The notes under the pieces are model-generated. The model saw only the letters and a program-made list of their open reading frames with translations. It searched no databases and was not told the DNA's origin. The position numbers were made by a program, and so were the translations under genes. Positions 21,960 through 33,048 of a stretch of 64,000 bases of DNA are shown in pieces. Numbering within the stretch: position 1 is the first letter of the stretch; each line of letters opens with the position of its first letter. Origin of the DNA: an uncultured Spirochaetota bacterium (GTDB lineage Bacteria > Spirochaetota > Spirochaetia > SZUA-6 > Fen-1364); NCBI GenBank assembly GCA_963820525.1, contig CAWGAA010000001.1:1472001-1536000 (forward strand), given 5' to 3'.

Positions 21960-22955
21960 CTACCATGCATACGCTTTGGGCGCCTCGCCTCCGGGGCCGG
22001 GGAAGATCGCATCCAGCTTCTCGAGCACCGCCGGTTCCAGCGCGGTCTCGGTGGCGCGCACGGTCTCGTTCAGTTGCTCCACGGTGCGGGGCCCGATGAT
22101 GGGCGCGGTGACCGCGGGATTGTGCAGCAGCCAGGCGAGGGCCACAATGGCGGGCTTCTCGCCTATCTCGCGGCACAGCTTCTCGTACGCCTCGATCTTC
22201 GGCCTGGACTTTTCCAGATTCTTTTTGAACTCCTCGCTCGTTCGACGTCCGGCTGCCGCCTTCTCAAGCGCGCCGCCCAGGAGGCCTCCCCCCAGGGGAC
22301 TCCAGGGCAGGAGGCCCATGCCGTAGTGCCGGCAGGCGGGGATGACTTCCAGCTCCACCATGCGATTGTCCAGGTGGTAGATGCTCTGCTCGCTCGCGAG
22401 GCCCATCCTGCCCCGGCGGGAGGCTTCCTGGCAGGCGGTGGCTATGTCCCAACCCGCGAAGTTGCTCGACCCGACGTAGTTCACCTTGCCCTGGTCCACC
22501 AGGGACCCCATGGCCTGCCAGATCTCGTCCCAGGGGCACTCCCTGTCCACGTGGTGCATCTGGTACAGGTCAATCGTCTCTGTGCGCAGCCGCCGGAGGC
22601 TCCCCTCGCAGTGCCTCTGGATCTTTATCGCCGAAAGGTTCCGGCCGCCGTGATTCGGTTCGGGCTTCTCCCCCTCGCGGTCGGCGGGGTTGTAGACCTT
22701 GGTAGCCAGGACGACGGCATCCCTGCGGCCGCCCCCCTGTGCGAACCACCGTCCCAGGATCTCCTCGGTAAGTCCCCGCGGCGTCCAGCCGTACACGTCC
22801 GCCGTGTCGAAGAAGTTGATGCCGAGCTCCAGCGCGCGATCCATGATCGCGAAACTCTCCTTCTCCGCGGTCTGGTTGCCGAAATTCATTGTGCCCAAGC
22901 ACAGATTGCTCACAAGAACTCCGTGCCGTCCGAGCCTCTTGTAGACGATCGCCAT
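21960..22955 (-). CDS. aldo/keto reductase
   Basis: LCLGTMNFG, FDTADVY, LATK, IDLYQMHH, PWSPL, PIIGPR. Confidence 0.95.
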   Translation of the reverse strand: MAIVYKRLGRHGVLVSNLCLGTMNFGNQTAEKESFAIMDRALELGINFFDTADVYGWTPRGLTEEILGRWFAQGGGRRDAVVLATKVYNPADREGEKPEPNHGGRNLSAIKIQRHCEGSLRRLRTETIDLYQMHHVDRECPWDEIWQAMGSLVDQGKVNYVGSSNFAGWDIATACQEASRRGRMGLASEQSIYHLDNRMVELEVIPACRHYGMGLLPWSPLGGGLLGGALEKAAAGRRTSEEFKKNLEKSRPKIEAYEKLCREIGEKPAIVALAWLLHNPAVTAPIIGPRTVEQLNETVRATETALEPAVLEKLDAIFPGPGGEAPKAYAW

Positions 22956-23124
22956 AGTGCCTCCTTGTCCTTTTTGAATGTACTGAAATCCTGGCTCCGC
23001 AGCCTCCTTCAGGGCTTTCCAATTCACTGCGCCTGCGGTGTTCGGCGCCCCCCGGCCAATCAGTAAGAACGCTGCCGAGGATTTAATCCTTCCTTTTCAT
23101 TTCACGGATGACTATCTTCTGCCA

Positions 23125-23616
23125 ATGAAGAACATTTACGCTCTCGCGGTGAGGAATATCAATGGAACCGAGATATCGCTGTCGGAGTTCGCAGGAGACG
23201 TCCTCCTGATCGTGAACGTCGCAAGCAAATGCGGTTTCACACCCCAATACAAGGGGCTGCAAGCCCTTTATACACGCTATCACGATCGCGGCTTCGAGAT
23301 TCTCGGGTTCCCGGCGAACGACTTCGGCCGTCAGGAGCCGGGTACAGATGCGGAGATCCAGAAATTCTGCAGCCTTACCTATGGGGTCACGTTCCCGATG
23401 TTCTCCAAGATCTCCGTGAAGGGAAAAAAGATGCACCCGCTCTACGCATTCCTCACCGAGAAGGAGACAAATCCCCGCTTCGCGGGCAGGATTACATGGA
23501 ACTTCAACAAGTTCCTCCTCGACCGCAAAGGAAACATCTTGGACCGCTTCGACTCGAGGGACGATCCGATGGGTGACAAGATCCCCCGCGCGGTCGAGGG
23601 CGCACTCGATCTCTAA
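23125..23616 (+). CDS. glutathione peroxidase family (Cys type)
   Basis: VNVASKCGFTPQY, GFPANDFGRQEP, WNFNKFL. Confidence 0.95.
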   Translation: MKNIYALAVRNINGTEISLSEFAGDVLLIVNVASKCGFTPQYKGLQALYTRYHDRGFEILGFPANDFGRQEPGTDAEIQKFCSLTYGVTFPMFSKISVKGKKMHPLYAFLTEKETNPRFAGRITWNFNKFLLDRKGNILDRFDSRDDPMGDKIPRAVEGALDL

Positions 23617-23768
23617 GAATCTTTCGGACCGGCGAACGCGAATCCTATCGTTTGTCTTGTAACAAGCCCCCGTATTGGTCGCTATCCAGCCGGCGGACAT
23701 GTTCAGTCCTCCTCTGCCGAGCCGATCGCCATTGATTCCTGAGACCTGACTCCCGTACACTTCGTGCC

Positions 23769-24794
23769 ATGACGCCGAAGACCGTGCTCCTTGTGAGCGG
23801 TCTCCCTTTAGCCGCAGCAACCTCATTCAGCCGACAGCTTGAGCTGTTGGGACGTGAGCTGCAACGGTTGGGATGGCGTGTGGAGATATGCGACGCAATC
23901 GGCGCGGAAGGAAGGCTGCATCCAGGCTCCCACTGCAAGGCCATACTCCTGGGCTACCCGGAGCAGTTCCCCTTCCTGTCAAAGCAGCCCGGCGGGGCAA
24001 AGAAACGGCTTTTCCTCTGGTGCCAGCTCTCACGCCCGGCGCACCGTGCGGACTTTGATGTGGTTGTTCCCGTGCCACTGACTGAAATGACCAGGCTATT
24101 CCTTCCCTCCGGGGTGAAAGCCGGACCCACGATACCTCACGGAGTGGACACTTCCTTGTTCGCGCCCCAGCCCGCAGCGGACGTTCTCTCCCTCCGCCGT
24201 GAGCTTCACGCCGAGGGCGCTTTCGTCGTGGGCACGGTAGGCGCCAATAGCCCGCGAAAGCGTTTCGATCGGATCATCGAATCTTTCGCCCTCTTTTCCG
24301 AGATTGCCCCTGAGGCCGCTCTGCTGATCAAGACGGATCGCAGGGTTTCCCCGGAGGGTTTCGATCTGTCGCGGCGGGCTTCAGCCGCAGGGGTCGAGCC
24401 GCGTATACGAGTCCTCGCGGAAGATCTCCCACCGCGGGATATGGCGCGTTTGTACGGGATCATGGACGTGTACCTGAATCTCTCCGAATGGGAGGGGTTC
24501 TGTATTCCCGTAGTGGAAGCCATGGCGTGCCAGGTGCCGGTCGTGACTCACCGGATCCAGGGCCCCGGTGAGATCCTGCCGTATGGGGAGCTTCGAGTGC
24601 CCGACAGCCAGGAGGCGTGGGAAGGCGGCGCGCGGCTGAGATTTGCCGATCCCGCACTGGCGGCATCGGTACTTGGTTCAGCGTATCGGGACAGGGGACT
24701 TCTGGTCAGACTGGGCGCCTTGGGAAGGAAAGAGGCGCTGGAGCGCTTCGACATCCGCCGGGTTGCCCGACAGTGGGATGAGTTTCTGTCATGA
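23769..24794 (+). CDS. glycosyltransferase family 4
   Basis: PHGVD, RKRFD, EGFCIPVVEAMAC. Confidence 0.9.
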   Translation: MTPKTVLLVSGLPLAAATSFSRQLELLGRELQRLGWRVEICDAIGAEGRLHPGSHCKAILLGYPEQFPFLSKQPGGAKKRLFLWCQLSRPAHRADFDVVVPVPLTEMTRLFLPSGVKAGPTIPHGVDTSLFAPQPAADVLSLRRELHAEGAFVVGTVGANSPRKRFDRIIESFALFSEIAPEAALLIKTDRRVSPEGFDLSRRASAAGVEPRIRVLAEDLPPRDMARLYGIMDVYLNLSEWEGFCIPVVEAMACQVPVVTHRIQGPGEILPYGELRVPDSQEAWEGGARLRFADPALAASVLGSAYRDRGLLVRLGALGRKEALERFDIRRVARQWDEFLS

Positions 24795-24886
24795 GCCCTT
24801 CGTGCACGATGCGACATGCGTTCTCTTGCGCGTTGGCGGCGAATCTCCTATGATATGAGAGGTATTTCGCGGAGTCAGAATAGCGG

Positions 24887-27316
24887 ATGAATAAAAAGGT
24901 CGCTTTCGGCTGTTGGGCGATGCTTGCCCTCCTGCGCGTTTCCGGTCTGAGCGCGGATCCTCTCGTGGTGGGGGACGCGCCTCGGTACCGGCTCGGCGGA
25001 CACCTTGAAATCATGCAGGACAAGACGCAGGCGATGTCGATCTCCCAGATCATTGCGGACAGGGAGGATTGGCAGGCCACGCAGGCCGATGAGCCGAATC
25101 CCGGATTCTCCGGGGCAGTCCGCTGGGTCCGTTTCCAGGTGGAGTCACGAACGGATCATCCCATCCTCTTGGTGTATCGGTACACGAACGTCAATTTTGT
25201 CGATCTGTACGTCGTCCACCAGGACGGACATCTGGAACATTTTGCCTCCGGGAATTTCATACCGTTCGACGAGCGGTCCGTCCCTCACCGCTTTCCCGTC
25301 TTCCCTCTCAATCTATCCCGCGGAGAAACGGTCTGGTGCTACGTGAAGGTGCGAAACGAGGTGGGAGTCGGGATACCGCTCGCGATATGGAGCGAGCTCT
25401 CTTTCCGCGAAGCCGATCGCCAGGAGTGGATCATCATCGGCATGCTCATCGGTCTTTTCCTCATTGTCATTCTCTTCAACGCGCTGTTCTACTTCGCCAC
25501 CGGCGACAGGGCGTATCTCTCCTACGTTCTCTTCGTGCTGTTCTACCTGTTCTTCGAGCTGGCGTACCGCGGCATCGGCGGCGAATACCTGTGGCCGCGT
25601 CACACATGGATCGACAACTCCATTCTGGTCGTTTCTGCATCGCTTGCCATCACAATGGGGCTCGTTTTCACGCGCAGCTTCCTTCAGACCAGGACCTGGG
25701 CCCCGGTGATGCACCGCCTCCTCGGCGGGCTCCTCTGGGCGTCGATCGCGAATATCCTGGCCTCCGTCATTCTCCCCTTCGGGATCATGTCGCAGATCAC
25801 CAATGCGCTCCTCCTCGTCGTCGCCGTTGTTTTCGTCCCGAATGCCATCATCGTGTTCCGACGCGGTTTTCAGGCCGCCCGCTTCTACCTCGCGGCGTGG
25901 GTGCTCCTTCTGGCCGGCGGCATCATCTTCGCGATGCTGAACCTTGGACTGGCTCCCAGCAACGTTTTCACGGCGAACGCGATGACCTTCGGCGCCTCCA
26001 TTCAGATGATTCTCATCTCGTTCGCCGTCGTCGACAGAATACTCACCTTGCGGCGCGACCGCGAGAAAATGCAGCAGGAGCGTTTGGAGGCGGTCGAAAA
26101 GCGTCTCTACTCCGACGCGCTGACGGAGCTCCCCAACAGGAACCGGCTCATCGCTGATCTCCAGCCCGGGAGTCCCGTCACGGTCGTCCTTGTCAACATC
26201 GATCACTTCAAGGAGATCAACGACTATTTCGGGCAGAAGGCGGGCGATTATGTGATCATCGAGCTGGGGAAGCGGATACGCGGCGTGGCGGCTGATCGCG
26301 GAGGAACGGTATATCGGCTTCACGCGGACGAGTTTGCCGCCGTGATCGACGGCTCCTGCGACGAAGAAGCGCTCAATCGGCTGGGGCATGCCCTCGTTGC
26401 ACATTGCCAGGACAAGCCGTATTTCTTTCAGGATGAGACGCTCCGCCTCGACGTCAGCATCGGCATCGCGGCGAGCGACTCGCGTCACATGGAGAAGGCC
26501 GACATGGCGCTCGACGTCTCGCGGTCCAGCAAATCGTACGTCATCTATCGGCCCGAGCTCGAGGTGATCAAGCGGTACGCGGACAACCTGCACTGGCTGC
26601 ACGTCATTCGCGAATCGATCGAGCAGGACCGCATCGTCCCCTTCTTTCAGCCCATCCTGAACAATCAGAGCGGCATTGTCGACAAGTTCGAATCCCTCAT
26701 GCGGATCCGAGCGGCAAACGGCGTGATCATTCCGCCCGGGGCGTTCCTCATGATCGCGAAGAAGAGCAAGATCTATCCCGAGCTTTCGCGCGTCATTGTC
26801 GGAAAGACGGCGGACCTGATGCGCGGCGCGGACGCCGAGGTGTCCATCAACATATCGGTGGAAGACATCGTGCATCCCGATGTGCTCGCGGAGATCGACC
26901 GTGTCGTCTCCGAGAAGAACATCGGACCCCGCATCGTCTTCGAGCTTCTGGAATCGGAAGGCATCGAGAACTACGAGGAGGTCTCCCGCTTCATCGACCG
27001 GATGAAGTCTCGGGGATGCAAGATCGCGATAGACGATTTCGGGACCGGGTATTCAAATTTCGCCCACATTCTTCGCCTCCACGTGGACTACCTCAAGCTG
27101 GACGCGTCTCTCATCAAGCCGATCGCGGAAGACGGCAACGCGCGCTGCATCGTGGAAACCATCGTCTCCTTCGCCCGGAAGCTGGGGATCCGGACGATCG
27201 CCGAGTTCGTCCACTCCGAGTCGGTCCAGAAGATCGTGCGGGAAATCGGGGTGGACTTTTCGCAGGGCTACTTCATCGGCGAGCCGCGCGCGGACATGCG
27301 CTTCGAGAATATCTGA
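24887..27316 (+). CDS. 7TM-DISM sensor with degenerate GGDEF and EAL domains
   Basis: DISM extracellular region and 7 TM segments; DALTELPNR...HADEF; ESLMR, DDFGTGYS, QGYF. Confidence 0.92.
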   Translation: MNKKVAFGCWAMLALLRVSGLSADPLVVGDAPRYRLGGHLEIMQDKTQAMSISQIIADREDWQATQADEPNPGFSGAVRWVRFQVESRTDHPILLVYRYTNVNFVDLYVVHQDGHLEHFASGNFIPFDERSVPHRFPVFPLNLSRGETVWCYVKVRNEVGVGIPLAIWSELSFREADRQEWIIIGMLIGLFLIVILFNALFYFATGDRAYLSYVLFVLFYLFFELAYRGIGGEYLWPRHTWIDNSILVVSASLAITMGLVFTRSFLQTRTWAPVMHRLLGGLLWASIANILASVILPFGIMSQITNALLLVVAVVFVPNAIIVFRRGFQAARFYLAAWVLLLAGGIIFAMLNLGLAPSNVFTANAMTFGASIQMILISFAVVDRILTLRRDREKMQQERLEAVEKRLYSDALTELPNRNRLIADLQPGSPVTVVLVNIDHFKEINDYFGQKAGDYVIIELGKRIRGVAADRGGTVYRLHADEFAAVIDGSCDEEALNRLGHALVAHCQDKPYFFQDETLRLDVSIGIAASDSRHMEKADMALDVSRSSKSYVIYRPELEVIKRYADNLHWLHVIRESIEQDRIVPFFQPILNNQSGIVDKFESLMRIRAANGVIIPPGAFLMIAKKSKIYPELSRVIVGKTADLMRGADAEVSINISVEDIVHPDVLAEIDRVVSEKNIGPRIVFELLESEGIENYEEVSRFIDRMKSRGCKIAIDDFGTGYSNFAHILRLHVDYLKLDASLIKPIAEDGNARCIVETIVSFARKLGIRTIAEFVHSESVQKIVREIGVDFSQGYFIGEPRADMRFENI

Positions 27317-30300
27317 TCGGCGTCCGCCCACGCGCGCGGCCTGTCGTAGCCTTTCCGCCTCGCATACTCCTCCGCCTGATAGGCGAAAGCCTGGAGGCGG
27401 GTCTCCACGCTCGAGTCCTCCTGGCCGTCGAAGGCGATATTCAGCCACGGAATTCCGTCGTGCTCTTCGCTGAACCGCGGAGATACCGCGGCAACAAGGG
27501 CTCCGGGAAGACAGGTGAACGGCAGGATGTTGACCACTCCCGAGATCCCCGTCTCGCACTGCCCGGCGACGCTTCCCAGCGAGATCGGCGGCTCACCGTC
27601 GTAATCCCGGTGGAGGTACGGCATGCAGAGGTCCAGCATCTTCTCTACGGGCAGATCGCGGTGCATCTCCACGCCCCCTTCCTCGGCCGCGCGGACCAGC
27701 CTCTCCTCCACCGCCTGCTGCAGGAATGCCTGTAGGCGGGATCGGGCGTATTCCAACGGTTTCCCTTTTCGCCTGCTGTCCCGAGTGAACCGGTAGGTGG
27801 AATAGCTGATCCAATCGCGCACGGGTCCCATGAGCGTCTCCATCCCCAGCTCCTCGAGCTTGCGGACCACGAAACCGTTGCAGAATGGGTTGTCCCGCAT
27901 GAAGATCTCGCCGATCACCGAGATGACCGGTTTCCGCCGCCCGCGGACGATCTCGATGCGCGCAAAGTCGGCCATGGCGTTTTTCAGCACGAGCGCAATT
28001 CCCCGGCCGCCATCCTCGATGCAGGAGACGGCATGCTCAAGATGCCGCAAGTACAGGGCCGCCGTCTCGCCCCGGTTGGCTTCATACGGGCCGCGCTCTT
28101 GTCGAAGCTTGCGCAGGATATCGACGGCGACAACCCCCCGCCACGCGGCGAGCCGGAACCGGATGCCGCCTCCGGCCGCGATGTCGGCGTACGAGTTGTC
28201 GTTTCGGGGATGCACGATCTCCGCCTCGGAGAAGCCGAGCCGGTCCAGAATGATCCTTTGAAGGCTGTTGTACTGCCCGAACCTGCAGGGGCCATTGTGG
28301 TCCGGCATGAAGAAGCTCACGGCTGAGGGGTCCACCCCCGGCTCCTCGAGCTTGCGGAGAAAGCTCCCCGTGGTGCAGATCATGGGGAAGCATTCGCGCG
28401 AAGAGGTATGCATCCTCCCCAGCTCTATGTCCCGCTGGTCCTGAGGCGGCAGGACGTCCGCCTTCATGCCGCAGGCCCGACATGCGGCGGCGAGGGCGAA
28501 CGCGCCGTCGGCCATATACGGGAAGTAGAGGGTCCGGGACCGCGTCGAGCTGCGGGTTTTGAGAGCCCCCCGCTCCGCTCCAGAACGCCGGACGGCCATC
28601 GCGGAAGGCCTCGCGAGGCGAGAGTTGGCTGCCGAGGAGCGTCGTCTCCCCTTCAGGCTGTCGAGGAAAGCCTCCAGCCGGGTTACCAGCCCCGCGTCTG
28701 CGCTATGCTCGTCCATTTCCACCTGGAGGTACGGCTTGCCTTTCAGCTCCTCGCGCAGATAGTGAGAGAGAAATGAGTCCGGGCCGCAGCGGAAGTTCCC
28801 GACGAAGATCGCCTTCAGCCGTTCGTCTCCAGCCACGATGCGCGCGGCCTGCAGGATCCTGCTGCCGTTCGGCCAGTACATCGACGGGTACTCGCCGAAG
28901 ATGTCCTCCTGCTCCAGCGGAAGGAAGTCCATGGGGATGGCGAGGACATCGAGGCTCCTGAGCTTTTCAACGAGATACAGATTCAGGGCAGGGTCTCCCG
29001 TGTTGTACGGCCGGCCGAGGATGACCGCCACGGTCTTCGACCCGGGCAGCGACGCGAGAACCTCCCGTCCTCGGGCCTTGATGCGCATCTGGTACTCTTT
29101 CTGGGCCTCCGCTGCCTCGCGGATGGCCCGCACCGTGTCCCGCGCCGATACGCCCAGCCTCTCCCCCATGAACCGCGATAGCTCATGATCCAGGAGTCCG
29201 CGCGAATAGCGGAAGTGAAGGGTGGGAACGAGGAGTTTCGAGATGTCCTTCCCGTCCTTCAGGGCTCCCCTCACCATGAAGGGGTAGCTCTGGATCCAGG
29301 GGCAGTTGCAGTTGTTGGTCGGATTTATGGGATCTGCCTCCTCGTTCACGACGAAGGGGAGAAAGACGCCGTCCACGCCTTTTTCCAATAGGTCGAAGAG
29401 GTGGCCGTGGATCACTTCCACGGGGAAACAGGTCTCCGCGGTGAGCGTCTCCAGGGAGCGCGCGATGAGCGCCTGATCCGTCGGACGCGAGAGGACCACC
29501 CGCATTCCGAGCCGGCCGAAGAACGTCCGCCAGAAGGGAAAATACTGGTAGAACGCGGACAGGGCCCGGGGCAATCCGATGGCGGTTCCCGCAGCGGCGC
29601 TCCCGCCTTCATCGTGCCCGCCCAGCAAGAGCCTCGTCCGCTCATCGAAGAGATCGGCGATGTCCCTCCCTCTGTTCTTCCTCTGCGGAACCTCGTAGCG
29701 CTCGCACCTCCCGCCGTAGAAAAGGGGCTTCGCTTCGCCCTCGATGCCCACTTTGCGGATCTCGCAGCGGTTGGGGCATGCCGTGCACGTGAAGCGGTCG
29801 AGAGACCAGGGCCGCTCGGCGATCGCGAATCCCTTGAAACGGGTCCGGCGGCTCCCCGTTGAATCTCGGGCGATCATCGCTGCTCCGATGGCCCCCGTCA
29901 CATCGAAATGGGGCGGGACGATGATCGGCCGGCCGACGACCTTTTGGAACGCCGAAACCACGGCCTGATTGTACGCCACGCCGCCCTGGAAGAAGATCCT
30001 CCTCCCGATCGGCTTGTCGCCCACCACCTTCTGGAGGTAGTTCTTAACGATCGAATAGGCCAGCCCGGCAATGAGGTTCTCGCGCGCTCCGCCTTTCTGC
30101 TGGCGGGAGTTCAGATCCGACTCCATGAATACCGTGCAGCGGTCCCCGAGCTGCGCGGGTTTCTCGGAGGAGAACGCGATCGAGGCGAACTCGCCGGCAA
30201 TGTTCACTCCGAGCTTCTCCGACTGCTCCTCGAGGAACGATCCCGTGCCCGCCGCGCAGACCTTGTTCATCTCGAAGTCGACCACCACGCCGTTCTCCAC

Positions 30301-31572
30301 GGAGATGAACTTCGAGTCCTGCCCTCCGATCTCGAAAATGGTGTCCACCGCGGGGTCCAGGGCGATCGCCGCGGTGGCCTGGGCCGTGATCTCGTTGACG
30401 ATGCGGTCCGCGCCGACAAAATCGCCCGTGAGATACCGGCCCGAGCCCGTCGTTCCCACGGCTTTCACCTCCACCCTGACCCCCACCTCGTCGCCGATTT
30501 CCTTCACGCCCTTCTGGATGGCCTCGAGGGGCCTGCCCGCAGTGGGAAGGTATCGCCGGGCGATCACCCTGTTCTCCCCGTCGATCAACACCACGTTGGT
30601 GCTGAGAGAGCCGACATCGACGCCCAGGAATACGGCAAGCCGTGAAGCTCCCGCCGCCATGGGGACGATCTCCAGGGAAGAGAGAGCGCGCGGGGCTTCA
30701 AGCGGTTCGAGATGGTCCCCATCCGGACCGCTTTCGGCGCGGTATCGGTCGAGGCCGCCGAGCCCATGTAAGGGTTCCGACGCCGGCTGCGGGCGGCTCC
30801 AGATGTGGAAAACGGCGCCAATGGCGCCCATGGACGCGTGGTGGGGCGGGATGATGAGCTCCCCGTCTGCGAGGCCGAAAATCTCACGGAAGGCTCTCAC
30901 CATCCCCGCGTTCGCCGCGACGCCGCCCTGGAACACCACCGGCTTTCCCAGGCTCTTCCCCCGGGCGAGCGTGCTCTTCACGTTGCGCGCGACGGCGAAA
31001 CACAAGCCGGCGATGATATCGTGGACGGGCGTGGCGATCTGCTGGTGGTGGATCATGTCGCTCTTTGCGAACACGCTGCACCGTCCCGCGATTCGCGGCG
31101 GGTCGACGGACCGCAGGGCGAGCCGGCCGAACTCTTCAACAATGGATACGTTGATTCGCCGCGCCTGTTGATCGAGAAACGAGCCGGTGCCCGCCGCGCA
31201 GATGCTGTTCATGACGACGTCGGAGAACGCCGCGTTCTTGAGGAAGATGAGCTTCGTGTCCTCGCCGCCCATCTCGATGATCGTCTGCGCCCGCGGGTAC
31301 AGGCGGCACACGGAGGCGGACTGGGCGACGATCTCGTTCACGAAAGTGCCGCCGACGAGCCGGGCGGCGAGCATCCCCCCCGTGCCCGTGACGGCGACCC
31401 TCCCGATCCGCTCCATCCCCCATCGTTCGATGATGTCGGCGAGCCGCTCTCTCACGACGTCAAACGGCTTTCCCCGGCAGAAGTCGTAGTGGTCTTCGAG
31501 GATCTCCCCACCGTCTTGCAGGAGCACGCTGTTGACGGAGATCGATCCGATGTCGATGCCCAGATCAGGCAT
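27268..31572 (-). CDS. acyl-CoA dehydratase activase-like fusion (two BadF/BcrAD ATPase domains plus DUF2229-type domains)
   Basis: GIDIGS/GVDVGS, two CAAGTGSF motifs, GGEDTK/GGQDSK, CGPDSF. Confidence 0.92.
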   Translation of the reverse strand: MPDLGIDIGSISVNSVLLQDGGEILEDHYDFCRGKPFDVVRERLADIIERWGMERIGRVAVTGTGGMLAARLVGGTFVNEIVAQSASVCRLYPRAQTIIEMGGEDTKLIFLKNAAFSDVVMNSICAAGTGSFLDQQARRINVSIVEEFGRLALRSVDPPRIAGRCSVFAKSDMIHHQQIATPVHDIIAGLCFAVARNVKSTLARGKSLGKPVVFQGGVAANAGMVRAFREIFGLADGELIIPPHHASMGAIGAVFHIWSRPQPASEPLHGLGGLDRYRAESGPDGDHLEPLEAPRALSSLEIVPMAAGASRLAVFLGVDVGSLSTNVVLIDGENRVIARRYLPTAGRPLEAIQKGVKEIGDEVGVRVEVKAVGTTGSGRYLTGDFVGADRIVNEITAQATAAIALDPAVDTIFEIGGQDSKFISVENGVVVDFEMNKVCAAGTGSFLEEQSEKLGVNIAGEFASIAFSSEKPAQLGDRCTVFMESDLNSRQQKGGARENLIAGLAYSIVKNYLQKVVGDKPIGRRIFFQGGVAYNQAVVSAFQKVVGRPIIVPPHFDVTGAIGAAMIARDSTGSRRTRFKGFAIAERPWSLDRFTCTACPNRCEIRKVGIEGEAKPLFYGGRCERYEVPQRKNRGRDIADLFDERTRLLLGGHDEGGSAAAGTAIGLPRALSAFYQYFPFWRTFFGRLGMRVVLSRPTDQALIARSLETLTAETCFPVEVIHGHLFDLLEKGVDGVFLPFVVNEEADPINPTNNCNCPWIQSYPFMVRGALKDGKDISKLLVPTLHFRYSRGLLDHELSRFMGERLGVSARDTVRAIREAAEAQKEYQMRIKARGREVLASLPGSKTVAVILGRPYNTGDPALNLYLVEKLRSLDVLAIPMDFLPLEQEDIFGEYPSMYWPNGSRILQAARIVAGDERLKAIFVGNFRCGPDSFLSHYLREELKGKPYLQVEMDEHSADAGLVTRLEAFLDSLKGRRRSSAANSRLARPSAMAVRRSGAERGALKTRSSTRSRTLYFPYMADGAFALAAACRACGMKADVLPPQDQRDIELGRMHTSSRECFPMICTTGSFLRKLEEPGVDPSAVSFFMPDHNGPCRFGQYNSLQRIILDRLGFSEAEIVHPRNDNSYADIAAGGGIRFRLAAWRGVVAVDILRKLRQERGPYEANRGETAALYLRHLEHAVSCIEDGGRGIALVLKNAMADFARIEIVRGRRKPVISVIGEIFMRDNPFCNGFVVRKLEELGMETLMGPVRDWISYSTYRFTRDSRRKGKPLEYARSRLQAFLQQAVEERLVRAAEEGGVEMHRDLPVEKMLDLCMPYLHRDYDGEPPISLGSVAGQCETGISGVVNILPFTCLPGALVAAVSPRFSEEHDGIPWLNIAFDGQEDSSVETRLQAFAYQAEEYARRKGYDRPRAWADADQIFSKRMSARGSPMK

Positions 31573-32127
31573 ACCGCCCCGGTGTCGAGGAAGTCATGGC
31601 GCATGTGCCGCTTTTATCCCAATGCTGCAGGCGATGGGCTTCGTGATCGCCCATCAGATCATCCACCTTTTTATCGTCATCCCCAGAAGAGAGTGACGGA
31701 ACCCGTGCGCTTTCAGTGTAGCCCCCGGGGGGCATTTGTCAAGAAGAGTCGGATGATCGGGGTATCGGCTCGCGGACATTCGCTTCGCGAATATCTGATC
31801 ATGAGGCGGGCCGGATCGACGTCGCTATCTCACATGCTCCATCCAGGACGGTCTTGGGGCGTTCTGAAGCCTGCCCGCCCACTGTGCACGGCCGGATTTC
31901 TCGCGGCATCGTGACGCTCCTCGCGCTCTGCCACGGCTCCATTCTAGCAGAAACCCTCCAAATGGAAAGTGCGCATATCCATCGTGCATTACCGCTTGAA
32001 ATGAGGTCTTTCGGGTGCTAAGATATAATGTTCCAGGGAATTCATTCGGAGAAATGCGCTTTAGCTCGGGAGAGAGCCGCGGGACACGTTACCGGCGGCG
32101 ACAGGGAAAAAAGGAGGCCAGGTGATT

Positions 32128-32982
32128 ATGGGCGCAAGAAGTGTTCGGTTTTTAAGCATCATGTGTTTTTTCACTTTGGGAATATTCTTCGAGGCGGCCG
32201 CTGAAGCCGAACTCAAAGATACTCCTTACTTCTCTGGAATGCCGAATTTCAGAATTACTGAATCCTCGGATCAAGAGTTTTCGGATTATCGTTTTTTTAA
32301 CGGAAAAGACTGCACAACGGTTGAAGGCAAGAAATATTTCCGGGCGTACACTCTCGCGGAGGACGCAAAACAGTCCAGCGAGCTTCAGATTTCGCGAAAC
32401 TACGCGAATGCCGTTAAAAACATGGCCGGCACCGTCGTGTTCGAAGGCGAGATTTCGGGAGTGGAATGCGCCGAGAACTCCGGCGGTCGGGCAATGATCG
32501 GCAAGGTTATCAAAGGAGACAATGAGCTTTGGATTGAGGTTGCGCCTTTCAATGACGGCAATGATTATTACCTGACCGTTGTGGTGAAGGAAATAATGAA
32601 ACAGGCGGTTACCGCGAATGACATGTTTGAGGCATTGAACAGGGACGGCCGTTTTACCCTCAATATTAATTTCGATGCCGGGGTGGCGGTGATCAAGCCC
32701 GAATACAAGGCCATTATCTCCCAAATCGCTGAAATGCTGAAAAAGAATCCGGATCTCAAAATAAGCGTGGAGGGTCATACGGACGGGACGGGCGGCGACC
32801 GGAATAGCAACTTGGCGCTTTCTGATGCACGGGCGACTGCTGTCATGAAAGCCATTATCGCCGAGGGTATCGATTCGAAACGCCTGAGCGCGATTGGGTA
32901 TGGCTCGGATAAGCCCATCGCGGATATTACTACCGAAGAAGGCCGGGCGAAAAACCGAAGAGTCGAGATCATTAAGAAATAA
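32128..32982 (+). CDS. OmpA-like peptidoglycan-binding protein
   Basis: Signal peptide; VEGHTD, LSDARA, GYGSDKP, KNRRVEI; visibly lower GC than its flanks. Confidence 0.92.
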   Translation: MGARSVRFLSIMCFFTLGIFFEAAAEAELKDTPYFSGMPNFRITESSDQEFSDYRFFNGKDCTTVEGKKYFRAYTLAEDAKQSSELQISRNYANAVKNMAGTVVFEGEISGVECAENSGGRAMIGKVIKGDNELWIEVAPFNDGNDYYLTVVVKEIMKQAVTANDMFEALNRDGRFTLNINFDAGVAVIKPEYKAIISQIAEMLKKNPDLKISVEGHTDGTGGDRNSNLALSDARATAVMKAIIAEGIDSKRLSAIGYGSDKPIADITTEEGRAKNRRVEIIKK

Positions 32983-33048
32983 AGCGACAGACAAAGCCGA
33001 CACGAAGGAAACAGGCTGCTCACTTCCGAGGTGAACGGCCGCAGACCT

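Noticed and set aside
23125..23616. Selenocysteine glutathione peroxidase
   Set aside because: The active-site codon is TGC (Cys) and there is no in-frame TGA
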